NCBI GenBank assembly: GCA_965219445.1
Contig: CBDCNQ010000005.1
Location: 32,001 to 96,000 of the forward strand
From: Longimicrobiales bacterium
GTDB taxonomy: Bacteria; Gemmatimonadota; Gemmatimonadetes; Longimicrobiales; Gaopeijiaceae
Length of the DNA stretch: 64,000 bases
Direction: 5' to 3'
The position numbers were made by a program, and so were the translations under genes. Below, piece by piece: positions 30,163 through 40,210 of this stretch (within the stretch, counting starts at the first letter, position 1; each line of letters opens with the position of its first letter). Below the pieces are notes generated by a model. The model saw only the letters and a list, made by a program, of their open reading frames with translations, was not told the DNA's origin and ran no database searches.

Positions 30163-31818
30163 GTGGAGTTGCTGACAAACCCTTTCTTTACGCTTGGCGC
30201 CACGATGCGTGACGACAAGCGTCGCATCATGGACCTGGCAGAAGAGAAGAGCCTGGTCTGTGATGAGGCCGCCGTGCGTGACGCGACGGCGGTGCTGACC
30301 CATCCGAGATGGCGTCTCGCAGCCGAGATTGGTTGGCTGCCCGGACTTGGGCCCAAACGCATTTCGAAGGCGATATCAATCCTAGAACGGAAGCCGGCGA
30401 AAGTACGAGGCCTAAGTAATCTGCCGAGCCTTGCTCGCGCCAACCTCCTCGCTGACGGGCTGATTCGAGTCGTCGAGCAGCTGCCCAAGCGCGAGGTCGT
30501 GCGGTGGATCGTTGAGCTCGCCGACGCACATGACGATATCGAAGCCGGGCACACCGTCGCCTTGTTGAACGAGGAGCGGTCGGTCGCTGGCTTCCCGGCC
30601 ATCTCGGATCTGCAAATAGTCGATAAGGAGCTTAAAGATCGGCGTCAATACTACAAGAAAGCGATCAAGAGAGCGCTCGATCAGCTACCTGCCCGCTCGC
30701 TCGCTGACGTCGTGACAATAGCACTCGACGAGGCAACCGATAATGGGGACAGTCAGGCGCCAATCCTGATCGACGACCTGGTAGATAGCTTTGAAGTCGA
30801 AGCGCAGGGCTTTCTCGAGACGGAAACGAAGAATATCGCAGTTCTGGTGCAGGGCGTGCGAAGTGCTGCTGAGCGTGATGAAGGCCATAAGCACATCGGT
30901 CGCCTTGTCTCGCAGCTCGAGGAGGTTGTTAAGAACTGGGACCGGGTTGCCCAGCCAATCCAGGTGAGCGCTCGTCATCGTGGTACCAGTCACGGCCTGA
31001 GTCATGAGGTCGCTAGAGAGATAAGAAGCGTTGCGGTTGACCTGTTCAACGAACATGGCCTCCTCGATATCTCCAAGAGACTGACGGCACTTCAGCAGGA
31101 GGTGTTTGCCGAGGTCGACAAAGTCGTAGAGCAATCGGAAGAGGACGCCGCCGCGCTCGATGAGATCGCTGAGCAGAGATCGCAGCTTCTCGCCAAAATG
31201 GAGGCGCGGGCTGAGTCATGGAAAAGGGAGATGACCTATGAAGCTCACGTCGGCGTAATGTTCAAAGACAAGCTTAGAATCTCACCGGATGGGGTCCAGT
31301 GGAAGGGTTCGAAGATCCCACTGGAAGAGATCAAGCGAGTGCGTTGGGGTGGTACCAGGCATTCCGTGAATGGAATTCCAACGGGTACGACATACAACAT
31401 ATTCGTTGGGGGTGAGAGGGGCGGCACGACTATCGAGCTCAGAAAGCAGCAGATCTACTCGGAGTTTGTCGACCGCCTCTGGAAGACGGCGGGTGTGCGT
31501 CTCCTGACGGAGATGCTTGAGGGGCTTCGTGCCGGAAAGCGCTACAGGTTTGGAACGGCTATCGTAACCGATTATGGTGTTGAACTACAAAGGCGCAAGC
31601 TCTTCTCGGCAAACAAACTGGTGCCGTATAAATGGACGGACCTAGTCATTGGGAACGGTGCCGGCACGTTCTACATCGCCAAGGCAGACGAAAAGAAGGT
31701 CACGGTGGAATTGCCGTATCAGGAAATGGACAACGTCCACATCCTGGAGGCAGCGATGCGCGTCTTGTGGAAGAGCGCGAGTCCCCGGTTGAGTGATTTG
31801 CTGGATAAGGCGAACTAG
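30163..31818 (+). CDS. helical protein with degenerate J-domain-like N-terminus and PH-like C-terminal domains
   Basis: NPFFTLG...LTHPRWRLAAE N-terminus; two beta-rich repeats (ISPDGVQWK...IPLEEI and VTDYGVEL...YKWTDL). Confidence 0.6.
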   Translation: MELLTNPFFTLGATMRDDKRRIMDLAEEKSLVCDEAAVRDATAVLTHPRWRLAAEIGWLPGLGPKRISKAISILERKPAKVRGLSNLPSLARANLLADGLIRVVEQLPKREVVRWIVELADAHDDIEAGHTVALLNEERSVAGFPAISDLQIVDKELKDRRQYYKKAIKRALDQLPARSLADVVTIALDEATDNGDSQAPILIDDLVDSFEVEAQGFLETETKNIAVLVQGVRSAAERDEGHKHIGRLVSQLEEVVKNWDRVAQPIQVSARHRGTSHGLSHEVAREIRSVAVDLFNEHGLLDISKRLTALQQEVFAEVDKVVEQSEEDAAALDEIAEQRSQLLAKMEARAESWKREMTYEAHVGVMFKDKLRISPDGVQWKGSKIPLEEIKRVRWGGTRHSVNGIPTGTTYNIFVGGERGGTTIELRKQQIYSEFVDRLWKTAGVRLLTEMLEGLRAGKRYRFGTAIVTDYGVELQRRKLFSANKLVPYKWTDLVIGNGAGTFYIAKADEKKVTVELPYQEMDNVHILEAAMRVLWKSASPRLSDLLDKAN

Positions 31819-32053
31819 CAACGTCCAGGCGAGTTGATGAGGATTCGGTGAGCGACGGGAAAGGGAAAAGGGGATTCTCTGGACTGTCGTCCCTCGCGTC
31901 GGACGTCGACGAGACCGTAGGGGATTCGACGCGCCGGAAGGTCCAGGGGGAAAAGCCTGCCGCCCGAGGGCAAGGCAAGGATGAGAAACAACCGCACCCG
32001 CGGGAAACAGCAGCAAAGCCGTAGCGGAGCGCGGGCCTCCCTGGGGGATTGAA

Positions 32054-32149
32054 GGGGCGGAGTCCCTCGCCAGCCCCTGCCGGGGACCCGCGAAGCGTGG
32101 CCCCAAAGGGTAGGCTGGCTCTTGCACCGTAAGGTGCTCCGAGCCAGCC
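32054..32149 (+). promoter_or_regulatory. oriT-like site with hairpin
   Basis: Same 53-bp core as 8334-8386. Confidence 0.7.
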
Positions 32150-32494
32150 CGGCGGACGCCGCCGAAGCAGCGGGGGAGGGCTTCGGCTGTGACCCGTCCA
32201 GATAGGCCCGCCCAAGCTATCTGCCGCAGTAACGCGGCTGCGGACTGCCGCAGACCCGGAACACGGCACTCCGGTTCGAATATTCCCAGCATCGTTCGTG
32301 CGCAGGCCGACGTCCGGTCGAGATCCGCACCCATTGCCGGAGCCTTCGGCGAAGGCCGACGGGGCGTTTGGCAAGCCGCTGGCGGCGGTGTCCAACAGCT
32401 CGCGTACCGTACTGGCTATCTCTAGCCGTTACAAGCGATTGGGAGATTTCCCAATGGTTGACTTTCTTGCAAACGGCTCTTCACTGTTCCGGGC

Positions 32495-33469
32495 ATGGAG
32501 ACGCGGAAGCAGCAGTTCAAGTCGGCGGTGAGCGATGCGATCGTTCACCTCCAGGGAAGCGAAGAGGCGCTCGCGCCATTCGGCTGGACGGGAGAAAAGG
32601 CCGGGTGGATCGCGTTCGTCTGCCTCCACAGCGGCGCGTTCACCCGCGTCCAGTGCGCGCGATTCCTCGATGCACACCCGGAACAGGTGCGGCGCTTCGT
32701 CCACGCGCTGATCGCGCAGGGCCTGGCCGCCGAGGACACCGTGCCCGGCATCCGGGGGATCGGCCGCGTGTGCCGCATCTTCTCCCGGCGGATCTACCGG
32801 GCCATCGGAGCCGAGCACATCCGCCACCGCCGCGACGCCTCGCCCGCCGTACTCATGCGGCGCCTGCTCTCGCTCGACTACGTGATCGAGCATCCCGGCT
32901 TGCCTTGGCTGGCCACCGAAGCCGAGAAAGTCGCCGCGTTCGAGGCCCTCGGCATCGAACGCGGGCTGCTGCCCGTCCGGGTGTACCGGGGAGCCGCCGG
33001 TGCGACTCGGCGCTACTTCCCGGTAAAGCTGCCCGTCGCGCTGGACGCCGAGAGCGCCGTCTTCGTCTACGCCGATCCCGGCCACGCGACCGCGACCGCG
33101 CTTCACTCCTGGGGTGCGGCGCACCGCGGGCTCTGGCACGTGCTTGGGAGACGAGGCCGATCCGTCGAGGTTGTCGCGGTCGGTCGCCCCTCGAGAGAGC
33201 TTGAGCGGGCACGGCGAGTCATGCGCCACTGGGCCGAGCCCTCCGGTCCAGCCGAACTCGACCCCCAGGTTCGCAAGGAGCTCGCCCGGATCGAGGAGGC
33301 CATTCTCGCGGGCGCGGTCCCGATCCTGGAGGAGTACGGCGGTCTCCAGGCCGCCATGAAGCGCAGCGTGGCGCTGGAGAAACAGGCCCGACGGCAGGCC
33401 GCCCGTGCCTCAATCCGCCGCGGCAGCACATGGCGGACCGCGCGCCTCGCCGGGGCTCGCTACCGATGA
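32495..33469 (+). CDS. uncharacterised mobile-element protein, putative winged-helix Rep/relaxation-type
   Basis: Intact 324-aa ORF between oriT and the structured element; wHTH-like N-terminus; two truncated paralogues in the window. Confidence 0.65.
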   Translation: METRKQQFKSAVSDAIVHLQGSEEALAPFGWTGEKAGWIAFVCLHSGAFTRVQCARFLDAHPEQVRRFVHALIAQGLAAEDTVPGIRGIGRVCRIFSRRIYRAIGAEHIRHRRDASPAVLMRRLLSLDYVIEHPGLPWLATEAEKVAAFEALGIERGLLPVRVYRGAAGATRRYFPVKLPVALDAESAVFVYADPGHATATALHSWGAAHRGLWHVLGRRGRSVEVVAVGRPSRELERARRVMRHWAEPSGPAELDPQVRKELARIEEAILAGAVPILEEYGGLQAAMKRSVALEKQARRQAARASIRRGSTWRTARLAGARYR

Positions 33470-33644
33470 GCGGCGCGCGACTTACGGCCGCACTGGAGTG
33501 CGCAAACGACGCGGGGGTACGATTCACACTTCGGCGCCCCGGCGATTCACACGGAGCTTCCCGCCTATCCGCTGGCGCGGCAGCGTCTTGCGCTTCCGCG
33601 GACAGGCCGGCCAGCGCTGTACGGGCGGCACCGTCCGAGGCGGT

Positions 33645-33757
33645 AGCGACCCCCCAGTCCGAGGGCCTGGTACGGGTTCGGACGCAGGTGTGTTTTCACA
33701 CCCCTGCCCCCGTCCCTTGGGGTCGCTCCCGATCCATCAATCCCTACGCGGGAAGGC
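33645..33757 (+). other. conserved structured element, copy B (diverged; may begin ~33495)
   Basis: AGCGACCCC...CCTGGTACGG...GGGGTCGCTCCC...CAATCCC...GCGGGAAGGC. Confidence 0.55.
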
Positions 33758-33910
33758 GGTTTGAGCGCCGCTTCGAGGCGGCGGATCACCCGTTCGCCGA
33801 CCGGCCGGCCGTCTGGCAGCCGGGCATCACCGAGCAAGGCCGGGGTACCCCCGATGGTTCGGGCCACAGCCCAAGCCGCCAAGTCCGGGACGCGCCCATC
33901 CCAGGTGACC

Positions 33911-34169
33911 GATGGCCTTCCCGCACGGGATTGCTGGACCGGAGCGACCTCCCGACGGAGGGTGGATGGGCGTGCACATCCAACCCTCCCCGATGCCGTA
34001 CCAGGCATCGAAAGAGGGGGGTCGCTCCCGCCACGGCCGCACCCTCTGGAACGGCATCGCCGGTCCTGCGGCCGGGGTGCAACCGCAAAGCAGCCAGCGA
34101 CATGCGGAATCGGCGGCGTGCCCATCGGAATGGCGATGCCGTGCACAAGCACCCCGATGTCGATGTGCA
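33911..34169 (-). other. conserved structured element, copy C
   Basis: Colinear with 7838-8099; begins ~35 nt after the stop of the Rep-like paralogue. Confidence 0.7.
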
Positions 34170-34204
34170 CGCGCGGCACGCCACCGACGCCCGCCGTCCG
34201 GGGG

Positions 34205-34600
34205 TCAAGATCCGCCCCCTGGAAGCCGGCTCGAACGCCATGTCGTGAACCCGTCGATCGCCGTTCCGAGCCGCGAGGACCGGAGCAGGTCCTTCAGCTC
34301 GACGATCCGCTCTAGGCAGCCCTGCAGCCCGCCATGCTTCTCGATCACCGCGTCGTCCATGCCGCGGATCGCCTGCTCGATCCGGTCGATCTCGCAGCGG
34401 GCCGCGCGGCCGGGTTCGGGGGTGGCGGGGCTGGAGGCAGCGGTATTGGCCCATCTCCCGAGGGTCGTCGGTGCCCGCTCGAGTTCCCCGGGGGTGCGGA
34501 AGACGGCCACGACCTCGACGGATCGGCCCCGCTCCCTGAGCGCATCCCAGAGCCGCCGGTGCGCATCGCCCCACGAGCGGAGCGCGGTGGCGGTCTCCTG
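34205..34600 (-). pseudogene. 3' fragment of a Rep-like paralogue
   Basis: ETATALRSWGDAHRRLW...GRSVEVVAV matches ATATALHSWGAAHRGLW...GRSVEVVAV. Confidence 0.8.
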
Positions 34601-34688
34601 ACCGCCGCAAAGCCGTTCGCCGTGGTATCTTCCGAAGTTGCTGGATCACACCATAGACGGCGGTGCGTCCGACTCTAAGGAAGGCACG

Positions 34689-37424
34689 ATGACCGGACCA
34701 GACAGGAAGCTGATCGCTGCCGTGGAAGAGTACTTCGCCGATCTCCGCCGGGTGCGGGCTTCCGGCGGCGGGACCGGCGAGCGGTCCTACTATCCGGCGC
34801 TGGCAAACCTGCTCGGCGCGGTCGGGGACACGCTCAAGCCGAAGGTGTTCTGCGTTCTCGAGGGCGCTGATCAGGGTGCGGGCCATCCCGACTTCGCCCT
34901 CTACGCGGCGAAACAGGTACAGAAAGGCCAACCAAGAGAGGGGCAGGTTCCCGAGCGCGGCGTGGTCGAGGTGAAGGGTGTGGAGGACGATGCTTGGGTG
35001 ACCGCAGAGTCGGATCAAGTGAGCCGATATTGGGGCCGCTACCGCCTCGTGCTGGTAACGAACATGCGCAACTTCGTACTGCTGGGCGCGGACGGGTCGG
35101 GCGATCCGGCAAAGCTCGAAGCGTTCCGTCTCGCGGAGAACGCTGACGACTTCTGGCACGGGGTGGAGAAGCCTCGCGCCTTTGCCCGCGAAGTCGGCGC
35201 GAGCCTCAGCGAATATCTTTGCCGAGTTCTCTCGCACCGCGCCGCCCTGGCCGAACCGAAGGACTTGGCTTGGCTCCTCGCTTCATACGCCCGTGACGGC
35301 CTCGCACGTGTCGGGGCGGCGGAAGACGCGCCAGCACTCCGGACAGTGCGGTCAGCACTGGAAGAAGCGCTCGGGATTCGCTTCGAGGGCGAGCGCGGGC
35401 GACGCTTCTTCCATTCGACTCTGATCCAGACGTTGTTCTACGGAATCTTCTCTGCGTGGGTGCTGTGGTCGCGCCAGGCCAAGGGCAGCGATGGCCCGTT
35501 GTTCGAGGGCCGCTACAGGCCGGCGCGATTCAGCTGGCGCGAGGCGGTCTGGCACCTGCGCGCACCCGTGCTGCGAGCCTTGTTCCAACAGCTATCCGAC
35601 CCCGGCCGATTGAAACGTCTCGAGCTTGTCGAAGTGCTGGACTGGACAGCGGCGGCACTAGACCGTGTGGATCGGGCTGAGTTCTTCTCTCGGTTCAACG
35701 AGGGCGAGGCGGTGCCGTACTTCTACGAGCCGTTCCTCGAAGCCTTTGACCCCGCCCTGCGCAAGCAGTTAGGCGTCTGGTACACGCCAACCGAAGTGGT
35801 CCGCTACATGGTGGCCCGCGTGGACAGGGCGCTGAAGGACGATCTCTGCATTCCGGACGGGCTCGCGGCAGAGAATGTCTATGTGCTGGACCCGTGCTGC
35901 GGCACCGGGTCCTATCTCGCGGAGGTGCTCCGCCGCATTGCTCTCAATCTCGAAGAACAGGGCCTCGGTGCGCTCGCCGGCGTAGCGGTTAGGAAGGCGG
36001 CAACCGACCGCGTCTTCGGCTTCGAGATCATGCCCGCGCCGTTCGTCGTCGCGCATTTGCAGGTCGGCTTGACGATGCAGAATCTGGACGCGCCGCTGGC
36101 GGATGACGGCACCGAGCGCGCAGGCGTGTTCCTCACCAACGCGCTGACCGGATGGGAACCGCACATGAACAAGCCGCTGCCCTTCCCGGAGCTTGAAGAG
36201 GAACGCGACCGGGCAGATCGGGTGAAGCAGGAAACCCCGATTCTAGTGATCCTGGGCAACCCGCCCTACAACGGCTTCGCCGGCATGGCAGTGGACGAGG
36301 AGCGTGAGCTCTCGGAAGCCTATCGGACGACCAAGCAGGTGCGCCGGCCCGAAGGACAGGGCCTGAACGATCTCTACGTTCGCTTCTTCCGCATGGCGGA
36401 GCGGCGCATCGCGGAGAAGACCGGACAGGGAGTGGTTTGCTTCATCTCCAACTATTCGTGGCTCGACGGTTTGTCCTTCACCGGTATGCGGGAGCGCTAC
36501 CTGGACGCATTTGACGCAATCCGGATCGACTGCCTGAACGGCGACAAGTACAAGACAGGCAAGGTCGCACCGGACGGTTCGCCCGACCCGAGCATCTTTT
36601 CCACTGACGGAGATCCGGTTGGAATTCAGGTTGGCACCGCCATCGCGACGCTGGTGCGTAAAGTGGACCACGAGCCCGCCAAGACGGTTGCGTTCCGGCA
36701 TCTCTGGGGACAGGCCAAGCCAGCGGAGTTGGTTGCCACGGCCGAGGCGGAACCGGATGCTCTCTACTCGACGATCGAACCGGTGTTGCCGCTGGGCCTT
36801 CCCTTTGTGGAAACAGCGGTGAGTGCTGACTGGTTCGATTGGCCTGCACTCCCCGATCTGTTCCCGGTCTCGTTTCCCGGCGTCAAGACCAGCCGCGACG
36901 GATTTCTTGTGGACACCGATCTTGACCGGCTCCAAGCGCGTGTAGGCGACTACTTCGACGCCGCGTTGAGCCATGAGGACATCGCACGGCGTTATCCGAG
37001 GGTCATGAAGTCCACGGCGCGCTTCGATGCCCCCGCAGTGCGTGACGCGCTGCTGAGACGCGGCGGACCAGATGAATCTGGATTCATCCGCTTCGCGTAC
37101 CGACCATTCGACAACCGCTGGCTCTATTGGGAAAGCGACACGAAGCTGCTTGACGAGAAGAGGGCCGACTACCGGCCCCATGTGTTCGATGGGAACATGT
37201 GGCTGCTTACGCCACAAAAACAGCGCCGGGAATGGTCGCCTCCGCCGGTAGCCTCGAATATGGGCGACATCAATCACATGGATGGCAGCACCGCTTACAT
37301 TCCGGCATGGCTTCGCGATGACAGTATCGGAAGCGACGGCACGCAGCGCCGCCCGAACCTTTCGGGCAAGGCGCAACGCTACCTCGAACCTTCCTCCTCA
37401 TTTCGCTGCATCATGGTGGTGTAG
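34689..37424 (+). CDS. type ISP/IIG-like restriction-modification enzyme (nuclease + N6-adenine methylase + TRD), probably C-terminally truncated near 37390
   Basis: PDF...VEVK nuclease; GVWYTP, LDPCCGTG, GNPPY methylase motifs; YRPFD TRD motif. Confidence 0.88.
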   Translation: MTGPDRKLIAAVEEYFADLRRVRASGGGTGERSYYPALANLLGAVGDTLKPKVFCVLEGADQGAGHPDFALYAAKQVQKGQPREGQVPERGVVEVKGVEDDAWVTAESDQVSRYWGRYRLVLVTNMRNFVLLGADGSGDPAKLEAFRLAENADDFWHGVEKPRAFAREVGASLSEYLCRVLSHRAALAEPKDLAWLLASYARDGLARVGAAEDAPALRTVRSALEEALGIRFEGERGRRFFHSTLIQTLFYGIFSAWVLWSRQAKGSDGPLFEGRYRPARFSWREAVWHLRAPVLRALFQQLSDPGRLKRLELVEVLDWTAAALDRVDRAEFFSRFNEGEAVPYFYEPFLEAFDPALRKQLGVWYTPTEVVRYMVARVDRALKDDLCIPDGLAAENVYVLDPCCGTGSYLAEVLRRIALNLEEQGLGALAGVAVRKAATDRVFGFEIMPAPFVVAHLQVGLTMQNLDAPLADDGTERAGVFLTNALTGWEPHMNKPLPFPELEEERDRADRVKQETPILVILGNPPYNGFAGMAVDEERELSEAYRTTKQVRRPEGQGLNDLYVRFFRMAERRIAEKTGQGVVCFISNYSWLDGLSFTGMRERYLDAFDAIRIDCLNGDKYKTGKVAPDGSPDPSIFSTDGDPVGIQVGTAIATLVRKVDHEPAKTVAFRHLWGQAKPAELVATAEAEPDALYSTIEPVLPLGLPFVETAVSADWFDWPALPDLFPVSFPGVKTSRDGFLVDTDLDRLQARVGDYFDAALSHEDIARRYPRVMKSTARFDAPAVRDALLRRGGPDESGFIRFAYRPFDNRWLYWESDTKLLDEKRADYRPHVFDGNMWLLTPQKQRREWSPPPVASNMGDINHMDGSTAYIPAWLRDDSIGSDGTQRRPNLSGKAQRYLEPSSSFRCIMVV

Positions 37425-37670
37425 CCCACCACGTCCGTGAACATCACTGCAGCGAGCTGGCCCGTTGATTTCTCGACCATTTGATCCCTCGCACTCTGAT
37501 CCTAGGCGGAACATGCTGTGGCGGTCCTCCGCGAGCAAGCAGCGACCTAGGCAGCGCTCGCGGATGGAGGCCTCAATGCCCTCTTTCGGTGCTCGGATCC
37601 CGATCATCAGGTGCCGACAGCTCACACCGACATCCTTGCTCTTTGTATATGATGGTAGTATACTTTTTAT

Positions 37671-37985
37671 ATGCGTGATCCAAGGCATGCCCTGGACGAG
37701 TGCACGGGATTTGAGTGGGATGATGGGAACTCCGAAAAGAACTGGGTCACGCATGGCGTAGCCTGCGGTGAGGCTGAGGAGGTGTTCTTCAACGTTCCCC
37801 TGATTCTTGCCCCGGACAGGAAGCACTCCAAAGTCGAGGATCGGTACTATGGTCTGGGAGTAACGAACGTCGGGCGGGCGCTGTTTGTTGTATTCACGAT
37901 CAGAGCCGACCTGGTGCGAGTCGTCTCTGCCCGTGACATGAGCCGGAGAGAGAGGCGGATATATGAGCAAGCGAGAGAAGTCTAG
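37671..37985 (+). CDS. brnT: BrnT-family toxin
   Basis: FEWD..N.EKN...HGV...EAEEVF, HS..E.RY..LG, VFTIR...RVVSARDM. Confidence 0.88.
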   Translation: MRDPRHALDECTGFEWDDGNSEKNWVTHGVACGEAEEVFFNVPLILAPDRKHSKVEDRYYGLGVTNVGRALFVVFTIRADLVRVVSARDMSRRERRIYEQAREV

Positions 37986-38265
37986 GAAGAGGATCCCGAA
38001 CTTCAAGTCAGAAGCTGAAGAGCGGGAGTTCTGGGTGGGGCAGGACTCCGCGGACTACTTAGACTGGAGCGAGGCGAAACCCATGGTTCTGGCGAATCTT
38101 CGTCCGTCTACCTCGACGATTTCGCTGCGCCTGCCGGATTTCATGCTCGAAGAGCTCAAGCTTCTGGCCCATCAGCGCGATGTCCCGTATCAGTCGCTGC
38201 TGAAGGTGTTCCTCGCTGAACGCCTCCAGACGGAGCGTCGTCGTCGGGATCCTGTAGCGGGCTGA
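37963..38265 (+). CDS. BrnA/CopG-like antitoxin
   Basis: IPNFKSEAEEREFW...ISLRLP...VPYQSLLK. Confidence 0.85.
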   Translation: MSKREKSRKRIPNFKSEAEEREFWVGQDSADYLDWSEAKPMVLANLRPSTSTISLRLPDFMLEELKLLAHQRDVPYQSLLKVFLAERLQTERRRRDPVAG

Positions 38266-38369
38266 TTCCCTGGCTTTGGAGGATGACTACGACGAGCTCC
38301 GAGGAGCACGGGAGTTCCTATCGAACAGGTATACGTATCTTTACGTCGTGAGTATACGTACGGACGCTG

Positions 38370-38627
38370 ATGCTCATGGAGCGTGGACGAGTCTCTGTGG
38401 AGGGGGAGCCACAGGCTCTGGTCTCCCGCATGCTGAAGGCGGGCCCGTTCCACGAGGCGCCCCTTACGCATGCGGTGGCACAGGAGAGTCGACGGCTCGG
38501 CTTCGACAGTCCGGATCCGGCCGACCGCTTTCTCGGAGCCACTGCCGTCGTCTATGAACTGACGCTCGTCACGGCCGACGCCCGTCTGTTGAGCGCTACG
38601 GAGTACCGGACCCTACCCAACCGCTAG
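38370..38627 (+). pseudogene. PIN-domain toxin, C-terminal fragment
   Basis: DPADRFL.ATA....LTLVTAD.RL; N-terminal acidic motif absent. Confidence 0.7.
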
Positions 38628-38693
38628 ACCGTCGCCCAAGGGGAATCCTTTCCCGGATTGGGACAGGTGCGTCTCGCGCCCCCTGAACGAGAG

Positions 38694-38726
38694 GACGGCC
38701 ACCTCCGCACGATGGGGGTGGCCGTC
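38694..38726. terminator. hairpin between convergent genes at the island boundary
   Basis: GACGGCCACCTCC / GGGGGTGGCCGTC stem. Confidence 0.6.
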
Positions 38727-38727
38727 T

Positions 38728-40124
38728 CTATAGGGACAGACTTTTGGTCTGCGATGGCAGAATGTTCTGGTTCATGTGAAAAAGGTTCGTAGGATCGTAC
38801 TTCAACTTCAGTGCCCGGAGGCGCTGGTAGTTGGGACCGTACGCGGCAGCGACCGCACCCTCGACCTCGTCGTCATCCAGGTAGTTGACGTAACCACCGG
38901 TGGCAGTGAACGGCTCCATGCGCGTGTGGGCCTCCCGCGCCCAAGCGATCATCCGATCACTGTCGGCCGGATCCTCCCATTCGGCCAGGATCAGGAAGCT
39001 CAGCGCGTCGTCGCGGTGCGGAAACGCCGTTGCGTCGACCGAGCGCCGAGTCGCGGCTCCATGGACATGTTCGAGGACTACCCCCCCCCATGCATGCCCC
39101 CCGGGTAGTCAGCGAAGCACTCGACCATCGTATCGATGGCCTCGTCGCTGAACTCCGCGAGGAACCTCGACTTCCAATAATTCAGGGCCCCCAGCGGGTA
39201 GCCCATATCGAGCATCCCGTTGATCTGGTGATAAGGCATCGGGCCCATGACATCCATGACTGGGGACCCGAAGTCTTTTAGCGGCCGCAACGCCACTTCA
39301 CCGTCGCCCGGCGGCCCACAATGACACGCAGCCAAAGCCGCTACCTTGGTGCCTGATCCGTCCGGCGAAGGAGTCATAGCCACGTAAACCGTCAACTCGT
39401 CGGGCACCGCTCGGATGAGGTCACGGTAAAATCTCAGGAGGTCGTGAGCGTCGTCGAGAGTGTGGACGACCAGCCCACCCGTCATCACAGCCTCTACCGG
39501 ATGCAGCCGATACTCGAGCGATGTAGCGACGCCAAAGTTTCCGCCTCCGCCGCGTAGCCCCCAAAAGAGATCGGAACGCTCTTCTTCGCTCGCGCTGAGG
39601 AGGCGACCATCGGCAGCGACGAGGTCCACGGACAGCAGGTTATCGCTCACCAAACCATGCTTGCCCATCAGCCATCCGATGCCGCCGCCGAGCGTCAGGC
39701 CAGCGATACCTGTAGATGTGATGATGCCGCCCGTAGTGGCGAGGCCATGGAGCAGTGTCTCGCGATCGAATTCCCCCCATGTGACGCCACCCTGCGCTCG
39801 AACCGTTTTACCCTTCGGATCGACATGGATGCCCTTCATGACGGAAAGATCGATCATCAGGCCGTCGTCCACGACGGCACGGCCGGCCACGTTGTGGCCA
39901 CCGCCGCGAACCGACACTTGAAGGCCACGCTCCCGCGCTAGATTCACGGCATCGACCACATCGGCCGTGCCGGAGCAACGCGCGATCAGCGCGGGCCGTT
40001 TGTCGATGAGCCCGTTGTGGACTTTCCTCGCCTCCTCGTACCCTGAGTCGGTTGGTTGGAGAAGCTCCCCAGAGAATGCGTTGGCAAGCTCAGAAACGGT
40101 GTCGGAGAGTGGCGGGACGGCCAT
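38728..40124 (-). pseudogene. FAD-linked oxidase (FAD_binding_4 + BBE), frameshift in a G9 tract
   Basis: RGGGHN, TLGGG.GW, RGGGGNFGV, YVNY...KYDP.N.F; frame break at 39081-39089. Confidence 0.88.
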
Positions 40125-40210
40125 GGAGTATTTCCTTGTCAGGGACGAAAGTGGGAAGAGAACTTAAGGTCGCCAATTCGGAGACACCACGTCTCCACCG
40201 GGCGAGACGC

